A stretch of 64,000 nt of DNA from positions 1 to 64,000 of the IMG/VR virus record IMGVR_UViG_3300033485_000003; one strand, written 5' to 3'. A model generated the notes under the pieces. The model saw nothing but the letters and a program-made list of their open reading frames with translations. It did no database searches and was not told the DNA's origin. Below, piece by piece: positions 37,601 through 45,176 of the stretch (positions are counted from its first letter, which is position 1; each line of letters opens with the position of its first letter). The translations under genes and the position numbers were made by a program. The stretch is from a virus.

Positions 37601-39784
37601 AAAGTGGCAGTTGTGAACTGCGACGTATGGGGTTGAAAAGCTCTCATCTTCAGATACTTGAAGATCGTATACGGGTACTAGGGCTGTTGAGCTCTCTATA
37701 CTTGAGACTCGAGTCCAATACCCATCCTCTGTATATCGGGTTTGTGGTTTCTTACTGGCGACGCCAGTCTTCCATATTTTAACGTGCTCGAACAAGTTGT
37801 GATCGAAATCGATACAATATAACGGCATTGTTGCGCCAGTCGTCATTCTAGACGCGAACGAAGTCCAGACTCCTTCAGCCAGACAGTGCTCTCTCACCCA
37901 AGAAATTACTGGCAATGACGTCATAGACAAGTTGACCTTGCCGTCGCCATCAGTGCCGTTTCTGTTGGTTCCGTCCGACCACAGAAGACCTTCCACCACT
38001 CTCCACCTTTGGTGGACTGGGAGTTTGGCAATTTCACCTGGAGTTTTTACTTTGTGTGCGTAAAACGTCTTCCTTAGCCACTGAGTAAACGACCCGCAAA
38101 TAATTCGAAAAACAGTGTGGCCGCTATGGCGCGTTTCGTCGAACGAGAAATTGTAGCGATTGGTAAAATCTCGAACCATCTGGCCTACAGCATCCCATGT
38201 TGTATGATCTAAAGCAAAACTCGTCAGATTGTTATGGGCATTGCCATCTCCCAGAAATAGCCCGACAATGAAGGCAAGCTGGTCGTCCCGCTCAATGAAA
38301 CGAGCGTAGATCTTCTCTTCTTTAGAGATTCTGGATCGACTCGATATGGTTTTATCCCCTATTGTGACGTATTTGTTGTTATTGTGAGTAAAATAGTCGC
38401 CCAAATCAACTGGAGGTAGAGCCTCTCCTGGCCGCGATTGGGGTTTGGGGGTACAGATCCAACTGCCAACGGAGACGCTCCCCGCCGCCACCCATTCTGG
38501 GGGATTGAAGTCTTGGACGTAAGAGCCACTCGGGTGTCGCTGAGAGGGGCGCACCCAAATGCGATGATCTTCAGTAACAGTCAAGATGAAACCACGACCA
38601 GCCAGTGTCACCATCTGCTTGTCAGAAAACAACCCACGTACAGCTTCAACTCTCTGAAGCTTCCCCGTGTGAGACACCACCCTTGTGCCAGGAATGACAG
38701 TCTCGATCGTACGGTATCCGTCTTCCGTCCTAATCAGTGTTCCAGCCGCTACGCAGTCGTCCGACACAAGAACCTTGTCGCCCATTTTCTGGGCGATTTG
38801 GTAGATGAATCGATTGACCCCGAGTTGAACGTCCCCGTCAGGGCTCCAGTCGGAGCAACTATTCTTAACGAAACCTTCCTTCAGCTCCGCCGACACCATC
38901 GTTTTAGGCTGTTCCACGTCGACGAATTTGCGGTTTTGCATGACCGCCAAAATCCGCTTGTGCTTGCTCAAATCCGCCTGAGCCAGACTTTCCGCCTTGA
39001 GTTCTCCTGCGTCGGTCTTGAGTTTCTTCCACACTGGAAGTTTCTCTTCCGTGCCATCTTCATACTTCACCCACACGCCAGAATCCCAATTTTGGTCACA
39101 AGTGTGGGGGAACATCTCCACCATGAAATTGCCCGGCTTAACCAGACTGCGAACGCGCTGGTAATATTTGATGGCGGATTGCCAGTCGTTGTGGGCCAGC
39201 AGATGCCGACCGACCACGCCAATCAAGCAGCTCGACGTCATCGTGACGTTCTTTGAGCCAAGCTCCTCCAGGTCCGCCCACGTAAACAGAGGCTTGCGTT
39301 CAGATCCGTGCTGCTCAGCCCTGAGGTCCGCCTTTGACAGCAATTTTACGGCTGTGAAAAAGGCTTCTTGGTCGAGGAAGTGGGCAGTGCAATGAAGGTA
39401 CTTGAGATGCTCCCAATAGCCGTATTCTGGCACGCAAAGCTGTTGGTCTGCCTTGGGGAGTTTATCGTAAGCTTTTTGAGTTACACGCTGATTCGTGAGT
39501 TCATTGCGGTAGCGTAGGCTCTTCTGTACGCCCGCCTTCTCCAGAATATCACAATTATCGTCACGGACGTAAAGCTCGATTCCGAGAATGGGGTTGAGTT
39601 TTCCAGAAAACCGTTTGTCTGACCGACATAGGTCGTAAGCACTCCGACACCCCTCAAGCGTCCCGTGGTCGGTGACCGTCAGATGGCCACTCCCAAGTTC
39701 TAGCTCCTTCTTGGCAAAGGCTTCCGGAGTGGAGGCCGAGTCGAAACTATTTGGATGGCTATGTGGCGTTGGGAAGTTGTTCAT
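34622..39784 (-). CDS. dnaE: DNA polymerase III alpha subunit containing an intein
   Basis: PHP motifs HSH and TDHG, GPGRGSAAG, catalytic PDIDQD, GRHACA, KIDFL and YGFNKSHA. Confidence 0.93.
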   Translation of the reverse strand: MNNFPTPHSHPNSFDSASTPEAFAKKELELGSGHLTVTDHGTLEGCRSAYDLCRSDKRFSGKLNPILGIELYVRDDNCDILEKAGVQKSLRYRNELTNQRVTQKAYDKLPKADQQLCVPEYGYWEHLKYLHCTAHFLDQEAFFTAVKLLSKADLRAEQHGSERKPLFTWADLEELGSKNVTMTSSCLIGVVGRHLLAHNDWQSAIKYYQRVRSLVKPGNFMVEMFPHTCDQNWDSGVWVKYEDGTEEKLPVWKKLKTDAGELKAESLAQADLSKHKRILAVMQNRKFVDVEQPKTMVSAELKEGFVKNSCSDWSPDGDVQLGVNRFIYQIAQKMGDKVLVSDDCVAAGTLIRTEDGYRTIETVIPGTRVVSHTGKLQRVEAVRGLFSDKQMVTLAGRGFILTVTEDHRIWVRPSQRHPSGSYVQDFNPPEWVAAGSVSVGSWICTPKPQSRPGEALPPVDLGDYFTHNNNKYVTIGDKTISSRSRISKEEKIYARFIERDDQLAFIVGLFLGDGNAHNNLTSFALDHTTWDAVGQMVRDFTNRYNFSFDETRHSGHTVFRIICGSFTQWLRKTFYAHKVKTPGEIAKLPVHQRWRVVEGLLWSDGTNRNGTDGDGKVNLSMTSLPVISWVREHCLAEGVWTSFASRMTTGATMPLYCIDFDHNLFEHVKIWKTGVASKKPQTRYTEDGYWTRVSSIESSTALVPVYDLQVSEDESFSTPYVAVHNCHFTSPDEKIVQDMRLAQSGGWKMANSYHRLDNAAAGAWFRDRMGVNPSEFEGWVQNNHEWASRFHDFKFTTQKALPTKFYPEDTLKYTGQLIMKHGRMVHDAAHLARLQQEIELLHRNGKIDLFTYFQMLEEAVDWHTRNGKITGPGRGSAAGVYLTYLFGVTHVDPIKADLSLDRFMTPVRIESGKLPDIDQDLGDRDLLVDPNDQNKGWLKERFGDCVAQISTDNKLKLRSATKDVFRVKYGYVSSEINKITSQFPEAPQGVEDHDFVFGYKNSDGSWTQGQIETDPALISFVKTYPAEWDIIQKALGLTRSRGRHACAFVVNNAPISDIIPLVTIGGVRCTQFTKDAVEAMGLLKIDFLNIKILNDISHAIHLVQDRHASHIDWSSSRRRLEPHESVPGVKLGGIFVPHLRCVPLNGQLHDIWDLPEDQGVLREISEGKTETVFQFHPPSARRWLKYFDFERGNGRKGLASILDLATFTALDRPGGLDSYVEDTSGGRHNMMVEYAHRLRGGKPNGDPELNAALLELVPETMGILCFQEGVSKVFQMLGGTTGAEADEFRVHISKKQMAKVAKDKEVFMRGAVERLGVSVSEKLWDNLDAWSRYGFNKSHAYCYSVIGYACAWLKHHYPLEWWAAILTNADRNEINEKLWIHCSKMVALPQFGASRDGFVIEGDKIRAPFNLLRGVADKAQEQLMALASAKTLEELATRRHQWRVDNGTNVTRMKTDKKTGETKEVLSRRLATSALNSQSMTALIVTGALDPLFAPVEINGEKFSLTLEQKLAAWEQADAAACLVVTGKKPTKKKNAAVRSLSQLEQYQFKKVVLPALSEDLIPLVENQLKQDGKLVVRGKDTLIVHTPFNMREGLTEYPLLHGDLVEEMIQADLGEEVVFSCIGFLTAERRWSWEDKKAKEGEPKRKSAVELTFDVEGTIVKAVKWPGKTGTPSPPFNEDLSGCIAACCCRRRPGKGVTIDDVVLIQRKASPETTKEDEK
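37610..38755 (-). mobile_element. Intein with LAGLIDADG endonuclease (382 aa) in the DnaE PHP domain
   Basis: VSDD|CVAAGTLIRT...YVAVHN|CHF; VGLFLGDG and EGLLWSDG motifs. Confidence 0.92.
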
Positions 39785-39792
39785 TGCCTACC

Positions 39793-39960
39793 TTACCGAT
39801 CTGTGAAGTGCACCCACGCGATAAAACCACACGCAATCGCCGCCAATACGACCATGAACAGCCCTATCTGATTCCGCGCTGCGGCCTCGGCAACGGCATC
39901 CGCCGGAACGTCAGCTTGCGACGACTGCGACACAATCCAAAGGTACAGAAACTTGTCCAT
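39793..39960 (-). CDS. Small membrane protein (55 aa, not in the ORF track)
   Basis: MDKFLYLWIV...IGLFMVVLAAIACGFIAWVHFTDR; GGAGG SD; fills the gap before dnaE. Confidence 0.65.
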   Translation of the reverse strand: MDKFLYLWIVSQSSQADVPADAVAEAAARNQIGLFMVVLAAIACGFIAWVHFTDR

Positions 39961-39971
39961 GTGTTACCTCC

Positions 39972-40009
39972 AAAAAGAAGACGCCCCGACCATACAGTAT
40001 CGGGGCGCC
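39972..40009 (-). terminator. Intrinsic terminator
   Basis: GGCGCCCCGA-loop-TCGGGGCGTC followed by TTCTTTTT. Confidence 0.75.
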
Positions 40010-40031
40010 ACCTGCAAGAGCTTTTAGGGGC

Positions 40032-40292
40032 TTACTTCACTTTGAGTTGGCGTCGCAACTTACCAATGATTCGATCTTCCAGCTTCAGAAGTTCCTCTTC
40101 CGACATCATTAGCGCCCTAGCGGCGACCTTCGACGGAACCCCCTGAGGGAAACGAGCGAGAAGCTTATCGAGCGAGTATCCATAGCGGCGATTGCAGATA
40201 AAATCTCGCTCGGTTTGCAGTTTGGTTTGCAGTTCTGTATCTTCAGGATCTATCATAGTGGCTTCTCGGATTCTTTCTGTCTGTGCTATCAT
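40032..40292 (-). CDS. Stand-alone sigma70 region 4.2-like HTH protein
   Basis: GVPSKVAARALMMSEEELLKLEDRIIGKLRRQL aligns by eye to RpoD [28 protein letters not shown]. Confidence 0.55.
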   Translation of the reverse strand: MIAQTERIREATMIDPEDTELQTKLQTERDFICNRRYGYSLDKLLARFPQGVPSKVAARALMMSEEELLKLEDRIIGKLRRQLKVK

Positions 40293-41662
40293 AAGCGCCA
40301 GCGACCATCAGCCATCATCAAGATCGCACGTTTGCCGGTGGCGTAGATGGCAACATGCGCCTGATACCAACTCGAAGGACCGCGATTGTAATCGAGCAGC
40401 AAATAGGTTGATGTACCGGCCTGGTAGTTACCTTCTTCGATGCCAGGAGTGTGAGTATGTCCGGTGACCACCTTGGTTCCGATGCGCGCTAAATTACGCA
40501 AGGTACCTCTAGAGCCGTTAGGACCCTCATTCCCGTGCATGCCGCACTCTATCCCAGCTATCATCAACGACTCTCTGGGCTCTAGGCAGTGCACTTTTGG
40601 AGCTAAACGGCGAACCCAATAAGAAAATGGATCGGGATACTCCACCCCACCAAGGACTGTACGTGCCCCAGCCACCATATGAGCCGCCGTATCAAGGAAA
40701 AACGGAGCATTAAGCGGATCGTCTCGCCAATCTGCGGTCGCCAGCCAGCGCCGCAAAAAGTCGTTGTGGTTGCTCGGTACTACGTGCACCTTCGCTCCAC
40801 ACTCCGCTGCTCGAGATAGGTACGCACACGCGCTCTCTACTTCGGAACGTACACATCCAGAAGCTCCATGGACCTTCGCGATGCGAATGTAAGGATCTCC
40901 TTTGTGATGAGGGTTGAGAGATCTACCATCAAACACATCGTGGGCTACAATATGTTTGGGGCGCAAAACCTCTACCATCCCACCTTCGCCGTAGGTCATG
41001 CGGACTACGTCAGGGTCGGTTACGGCGTCGTGCACGTCTCCTAGTCCAAGTCCAGCGGCTCGTGGAGCCGGACTGAGTCCTTTAGGAGTGTAGACGGTGT
41101 CTAAATCCGTGAACTCCCCCGTACCCCGATCGCAATTAAGTTGCCGAATGGTGTGCCACTTCCCTTCTGTCTCTACGACGATAGCGCCAAGAAAATGGTG
41201 AAAATCTCCCAGTTTTCCGGCTTTTGTCTTGGTTGAATTACGACGAGTCACCGACCCCGTTGTGGACAGGATTTTGGGGTATTTCCCGGCGGGGGAGGCG
41301 ATGCATTTGAGCTGCATTTTGGAGTGCCCTATGATGCAGCCGTCAGTACCGGTCAGAGCTTCGAACCCAGTCAAAGGAGAACAGGCAGTCGGCTGCACCT
41401 TGACGTCAGCCGCCAGCACGAGCCCTTTAGACAGACGAGTACGACGAGTCGTCAAATATGGCCTGATCGACTCGTCCCACCAATCGTCTTTTCGATCTCT
41501 CTCAGCCCACACGGAGGTGGGGTTCTTGTAGCGTATCGGCACCACCAACAATTCGGCCTTTTTGTCGGCGCAATACGCGAGCAGAGATTTTAGCGCTTCT
41601 GTATGTACTGGTGTTGCATTCTGCGCGCTGGTAACGACGTAGCGTTTACCGGAGGTACTCAT
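40289..41662 (-). CDS. Metallophosphoesterase-fold protein, recalled as T5 A1-like
   Basis: LGDVH, HDVFD, SNHND, MHG and GHTH metal motifs. N-terminal VTSAQNATPVH...PTA.SPL.G..TTGSVT is recalled as A1-family. Confidence 0.6.
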   Translation of the reverse strand: MSTSGKRYVVTSAQNATPVHTEALKSLLAYCADKKAELLVVPIRYKNPTSVWAERDRKDDWWDESIRPYLTTRRTRLSKGLVLAADVKVQPTACSPLTGFEALTGTDGCIIGHSKMQLKCIASPAGKYPKILSTTGSVTRRNSTKTKAGKLGDFHHFLGAIVVETEGKWHTIRQLNCDRGTGEFTDLDTVYTPKGLSPAPRAAGLGLGDVHDAVTDPDVVRMTYGEGGMVEVLRPKHIVAHDVFDGRSLNPHHKGDPYIRIAKVHGASGCVRSEVESACAYLSRAAECGAKVHVVPSNHNDFLRRWLATADWRDDPLNAPFFLDTAAHMVAGARTVLGGVEYPDPFSYWVRRLAPKVHCLEPRESLMIAGIECGMHGNEGPNGSRGTLRNLARIGTKVVTGHTHTPGIEEGNYQAGTSTYLLLDYNRGPSSWYQAHVAIYATGKRAILMMADGRWRL

Positions 41663-41693
41663 GAAACCTCCTTTTGCCTCGCAGATGACGCCA

Positions 41694-42212
41694 TTAGCTC
41701 TTCACCGCTGCAGGAGCGTTGCAGTAAATCGCCTCGACGCGAAGCTTGTCCTTGTTCTGGAGCTCCATCTCAAAGCCGGCCGACTGTCCGAGCAGCTGTG
41801 CGAGCAGGCTCGGCTCCATCTGCTTGGCCGGCAACGTCACAGGCTGCGGCGTCTTGAGTTGGCCGTCAGCGCCGAACTGGTTAACAATCAAAAGGCTCTC
41901 GACGGTAACCGCGGGGTCGACCACCAGTGAGCCCTCTGCCAGAGCAGCCTCAATGGCCGCCTTCTGGGCTTGTGCGCGCTCCTCTTGCTGACGAGCCTGC
42001 TGGGCACCGATGGCCTGCTGGATGGCTTCCATGCCGACTGTCTCGACGATGGCGGCGAGAAGTTGGTCCATTTGGTCGATACGTTGATTAAGACCCTGCT
42101 CCTTCTGGGTGCCGAATAGAACCGACTCGATACGACTCAGACGGGTCATTGCATCTGCTGCGCGCTTCGCATTTACTCGATTGTCGTTGCTGGGAATTGC
42201 CATTTTGTTCAT
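41694..42212 (-). CDS. GreA/Rnk-like protein candidate
   Basis: N-terminal coiled coil; C-terminal LLGQSAG.E.E...LRVEAIY resembles the Gre C-terminal domain. Confidence 0.4.
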   Translation of the reverse strand: MNKMAIPSNDNRVNAKRAADAMTRLSRIESVLFGTQKEQGLNQRIDQMDQLLAAIVETVGMEAIQQAIGAQQARQQEERAQAQKAAIEAALAEGSLVVDPAVTVESLLIVNQFGADGQLKTPQPVTLPAKQMEPSLLAQLLGQSAGFEMELQNKDKLRVEAIYCNAPAAVKS

Positions 42213-42229
42213 CTCCTTAGGGTTACTTC

Positions 42230-43078
42230 TTACCGCGCTGCTGCATCTACTCGACCGTCATGAGCCCGCACGTTTGCGTCGGCCAATGCGGAAGCCTTCA
42301 TCTGTGACATCGCCTCAATCTGACGAATCGACGTCGGAAATGGAATGGGCTGAATCGAACCAGTCGGCCGAGCTTGTTGGGTTAGGTCCATCACGACTTC
42401 TCTTTCGACCGTCTTGCCCGTGGCTTGGTCCACCATAGGTGTCATTACAGTCTTAGTAACGCGCTTGATGCCGCCCACGGACTCTACGGCCGGCGCGGTT
42501 GCGGCGGCTGGGGTCGGTGCTGGTGGCTGTGGCGCCTGGACAGACGGCACCACGGACTTGGCCGACACCTTACGTAGGGATGGCTTGGCCGGCACATTCG
42601 CCTTCTTGAGTGTCGGAGCGACGGGCTCAGGTGTAGGTTCGGCCAGCGACGGCTTCTTGGTGACCTTAGCTGCAATCGCCTTCAGGGCTGCGAACACAGT
42701 CGGCGCTGCCAATGCCTTGAGGGCCGTGACTTCGGCCGGCGTAAACATTCCGTCTGTATCGGAACTTTCGACCCCTACAAGCTTAGACATGCGGGTTCGC
42801 ACGAAATCTCGGATCTCCTTGTCAACTACAGCAGCCGCAGGGCCGGTCGAGTCGCTGAAGAAGGAGTCCATCGACAGCACCAGCCGGTAATACTGGGCTA
42901 GCTCGAGGCGGAATTCAACCTCAGCCATCGCTTGTTCGTCGGCGGTTTCCGAAGTCTCTGGTGCGGCTTGTCCGCTGGATGAAACAACGCGAACATTTGG
43001 GCGCGAACAAGCAGGTGTAGGTTCAGCTACATCTGAAGTCGCGTCGTCGAGGGCATCTACATCGAAATCGATTGGCAA
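42230..43078 (-). CDS. Hypothetical Pro/Ala-rich protein
   Basis: 282 aa, TTG start with AGGAG SD, directly after a strong promoter. Confidence 0.7.
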   Translation of the reverse strand: MPIDFDVDALDDATSDVAEPTPACSRPNVRVVSSSGQAAPETSETADEQAMAEVEFRLELAQYYRLVLSMDSFFSDSTGPAAAVVDKEIRDFVRTRMSKLVGVESSDTDGMFTPAEVTALKALAAPTVFAALKAIAAKVTKKPSLAEPTPEPVAPTLKKANVPAKPSLRKVSAKSVVPSVQAPQPPAPTPAAATAPAVESVGGIKRVTKTVMTPMVDQATGKTVEREVVMDLTQQARPTGSIQPIPFPTSIRQIEAMSQMKASALADANVRAHDGRVDAAAR

Positions 43079-43104
43079 GTTAATTCTCCTAGATTTGAAA
43101 GTAC

Positions 43105-43132
43105 AGTATACACGCAGCCGCTAGGATGTCAA
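43105..43132 (-). promoter_or_regulatory. Sigma70-type promoter
   Basis: TTGACA-N16-TATACT. Confidence 0.75.
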
Positions 43133-43208
43133 GCGGCTTTTTACAAAAACGCCCCGAATTGTCTGGTTCGTGGCAACACCGTGCTGCGCTCGCTAGAGCG
43201 GACAAAAG

Positions 43209-43304
43209 ACACCACATCGCGGCCGGCGGTAGGTCCGGGCCTCGTATCCCAGTATAGGTGCACGCCAAACAACAGTACACTCTAATCCTGCTGCGATGTG
43301 GTGT
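43209..43304. ncRNA. Candidate structured RNA (long closing stem with two internal hairpins)
   Basis: Intergenic 12-bp perfect inverted repeat acaccacatcgc/gcgatgtggtgt enclosing GUGUAC/GUGCAC and CUGGG/CCCGG stems (read on the - strand). Confidence 0.5.
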
Positions 43305-43313
43305 GAAATTTAA

Positions 43314-43502
43314 TTAATCGCCCCTCGAGGTAATCGTCCAGGTCGTGGAATCGCCGAATACTTCGGTTACACTTTGTGCTTCTAGCCGAGCAACCAGTAC
43401 CTTGAGTCTGTCCAAATACGACGTCGGAGTACATGACTCGGTAAATCGAGCTATATCCCGCAACGACTTGGCTACATCTTCTCGCGTCAAGAATTTGTCC
43501 AT
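43314..43502 (-). CDS. Small hypothetical protein, paralogue of 45003-45176
   Basis: MDKFLTREDVA...YLDRLKVLVARLE; the A of its ATG is the last base of the IS right end. Confidence 0.65.
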   Translation of the reverse strand: MDKFLTREDVAKSLRDIARFTESCTPTSYLDRLKVLVARLEAQSVTEVFGDSTTWTITSRGD

Positions 43503-43700
43503 TGATGCTCCCGGGGCGTCGCCCCTGGATTCCAGTTGTAGTTAAACGATGCATTGTGTAACTCCTTTACTGGTTTGCGGATCGTCAATAAGCCGCGCCG
43601 ACAACTCTCTTTCGTTATCGGTTTGCCCTCGTAACGCGATGTTAAATGCAGCATTTGCGTCACGATGATCAATGTGTCCACATTGTTTACACTTGAACTT
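43482..43700 (-). ncRNA. Predicted TnpB omega/reRNA (scaffold to 43502, guide TGGACAAATTCTTGACGCGA)
   Basis: Inferred from known IS605 biology: the scaffold overlaps the tnpB 3' end and right end, and the guide is the flank. The 5' boundary is approximate. Confidence 0.55.
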
Positions 43701-44609
43701 CTTCCCCGAGACAGTGTTGACGTGACCGCACCGTGAGCAACCCTTGGAAGTATTCCTGGGGTCGATGTAGATGACAGTAATGCCGCGCAAGGAAGCCTTG
43801 TACTTGACGTATTGTTCAAGTTGGAAGTACGACCAATTCGACTTCTGGACGTATTTTCCGCATTTCTTGGAGTCTCGAATCTTTCCGAGGTCTTCCAAAA
43901 CAATGGACTTACAATGGGTTGCGGCATAATCAACGACTTGCTTGGACACCTTGTGATTGATGTCTCGAGTTCGATTCGACTGCTTGCGCTTGAGCTTCTT
44001 GCATGCCCCAAACGCTTTCTTTGATTGCAACTTCGCCTTTCTGTTTCGGAGGTTGTCCTTCCACTGCTTGATGTCTGGACCTAGACGTTCGACGTGCCCA
44101 TTCTCTGGGTCCGCTAGGGTTGCTACGTTGCCAACGGCGTTGCGGTCTACACCGATGAACCCGTGACACTCGACGGTGTTTACTGGAGTGTTGTAGGTGT
44201 AACTCAGAAACCACCTACCGTCACGCTTGAAGAACTCAACCGAGCGAACGTGCCCGATAATCGGCTTGAGCGGGTGGATTTGAATCGATTGCTTCTTGGT
44301 GATCGCAGGAATTCGGAGTTGGTTATTCGACTCCAACTTGACCTGAGTCCCTTTGTCGCCGCATATCGGAATGACCGGGTTCCGCACCTTCTTGCACTTC
44401 CGGTTCTTCTGATACTTCGTAATCAGGCTCTTGGCGACAACGCACGGAACATCATGGTAGAACTTGGAGGAAGTCTGCGTACGGTTCGCCAACATGCGCT
44501 TGACAACGATTCTACTCTTGACTAGTAACACATCTAACGAGGAGTCGAACTCATGCCCGACAAGCGCTTTATTGGTCACAACCACTGTGTCTATAGTCTG
44601 ACGTTCCAT
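43542..44609 (-). CDS. tnpB: TnpB RNA-guided endonuclease (~355 aa)
   Basis: RuvC triad intact (IGVD, VLEDL, RDANAA); Zn finger CSRC/CKQC. Start uncertain (44609 preferred over 44747). Confidence 0.9.
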   Translation of the reverse strand: MERQTIDTVVVTNKALVGHEFDSSLDVLLVKSRIVVKRMLANRTQTSSKFYHDVPCVVAKSLITKYQKNRKCKKVRNPVIPICGDKGTQVKLESNNQLRIPAITKKQSIQIHPLKPIIGHVRSVEFFKRDGRWFLSYTYNTPVNTVECHGFIGVDRNAVGNVATLADPENGHVERLGPDIKQWKDNLRNRKAKLQSKKAFGACKKLKRKQSNRTRDINHKVSKQVVDYAATHCKSIVLEDLGKIRDSKKCGKYVQKSNWSYFQLEQYVKYKASLRGITVIYIDPRNTSKGCSRCGHVNTVSGKKFKCKQCGHIDHRDANAAFNIALRGQTDNERELSARLIDDPQTSKGVTQCIV

Positions 44610-44962
44610 GTGATTTTCGTGACCAAGTTCCGAAGAAAGTGTTTGAACCAAACCGCCCTGAACCATCTCTACACCAGTATACCATGGATTGCAAGCGGCT
44701 TGGGGGTGTCGGTCGGAGAAATCAAAGGCGAAGCCGACCACATCCACTTTATTTTAGAGACCTCGCCCACCGACACCCTGGCGTCTTTGATTGGTGCCAT
44801 CAAGTGCAAGTCCACGTCGAACTTGTTGGCTTCTGGGTGTAAGCCGCCTTTCTGGGGACAGCATTCTCGCACATTGTGGTCAAGTAGTTACTTTGTATGT
44901 TCTACGGTGGCGTGAGTATCGACAAACTCGAGTAATACATCAAGAATCAGGGTGCGGTCTAA
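44553..44962 (+). pseudogene. tnpA: Y1 HUH transposase TnpA, disrupted
   Basis: HVIFVTKFRR, DHIH and LWSSSYF present. A frameshift near 44905 and TAA at 44933 cut off GGVSIDKLE*YIKNQ, which holds the catalytic Tyr. Confidence 0.85.
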
Positions 44963-45002
44963 CCCACCCCATCGGGGTGGGATTGCGACCGAAGCCATTC
45001 AG

Positions 45003-45176
45003 TTACCACTTTCCTTCCCAAGCCCCTGGAAAATACCCAGCCGCCTTTTGCTCCTCGAGCTTCGCAACCAACTTTTTCATCCAATCCAAACAATAGATGG
45101 GGTTGGTGGCTTTGGTGGAATCAGACATATTCTTGAGTTGAGCGGCCACCAGCTCTCGTGTCAAAATCTTGTCCAT
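45003..45176 (-). CDS. Small hypothetical protein (57 aa, not in the ORF track)
   Basis: MDKILTRELVAAQLKNMSDSTKATNPIYCLDWMKKLVAKLEEQ...; abuts the dut stop; paralogue of 43314. Confidence 0.7.
   Translation of the reverse strand: MDKILTRELVAAQLKNMSDSTKATNPIYCLDWMKKLVAKLEEQKAAGYFPGAWEGKW

Larger units (their letters stand above)
43502..44997 (-). mobile_element. IS200/IS605-family element (1496 bp), non-autonomous
   Basis: Divergent tnpA and tnpB. Right end GAAT-hairpin-TCAA; left end CAAT-hairpin CCCACCCC/GGGGTGGG, preceded by target TGAA. Confidence 0.9.

Noticed and set aside
43089-43280. 63-aa ORF in the intergenic gap
   Set aside because: No SD, overlaps a promoter and hairpins, and has implausible composition.
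43209-43304. tRNA, hammerhead ribozyme or retron ncRNA
   Set aside because: No TTC loop or CCA end, no CUGAUGA/GAAA core, and no reverse transcriptase in the window.
39793-43502. Shared MDKFL start between the membrane peptide and the 43314 ORF
   Set aside because: Similarity ends after five residues; probably chance.
43542-44609. Cas12f/type V CRISPR effector
   Set aside because: No CRISPR array was seen anywhere in the window; the gene has IS605 ends and a tnpA.
45165-45176. AATCTT-N5-T match on + at 45165 and other AATCTT hexamers in early genes
   Set aside because: Not followed by a purine or start codon, or lacking the final T, and antisense to coding genes; treated as background.
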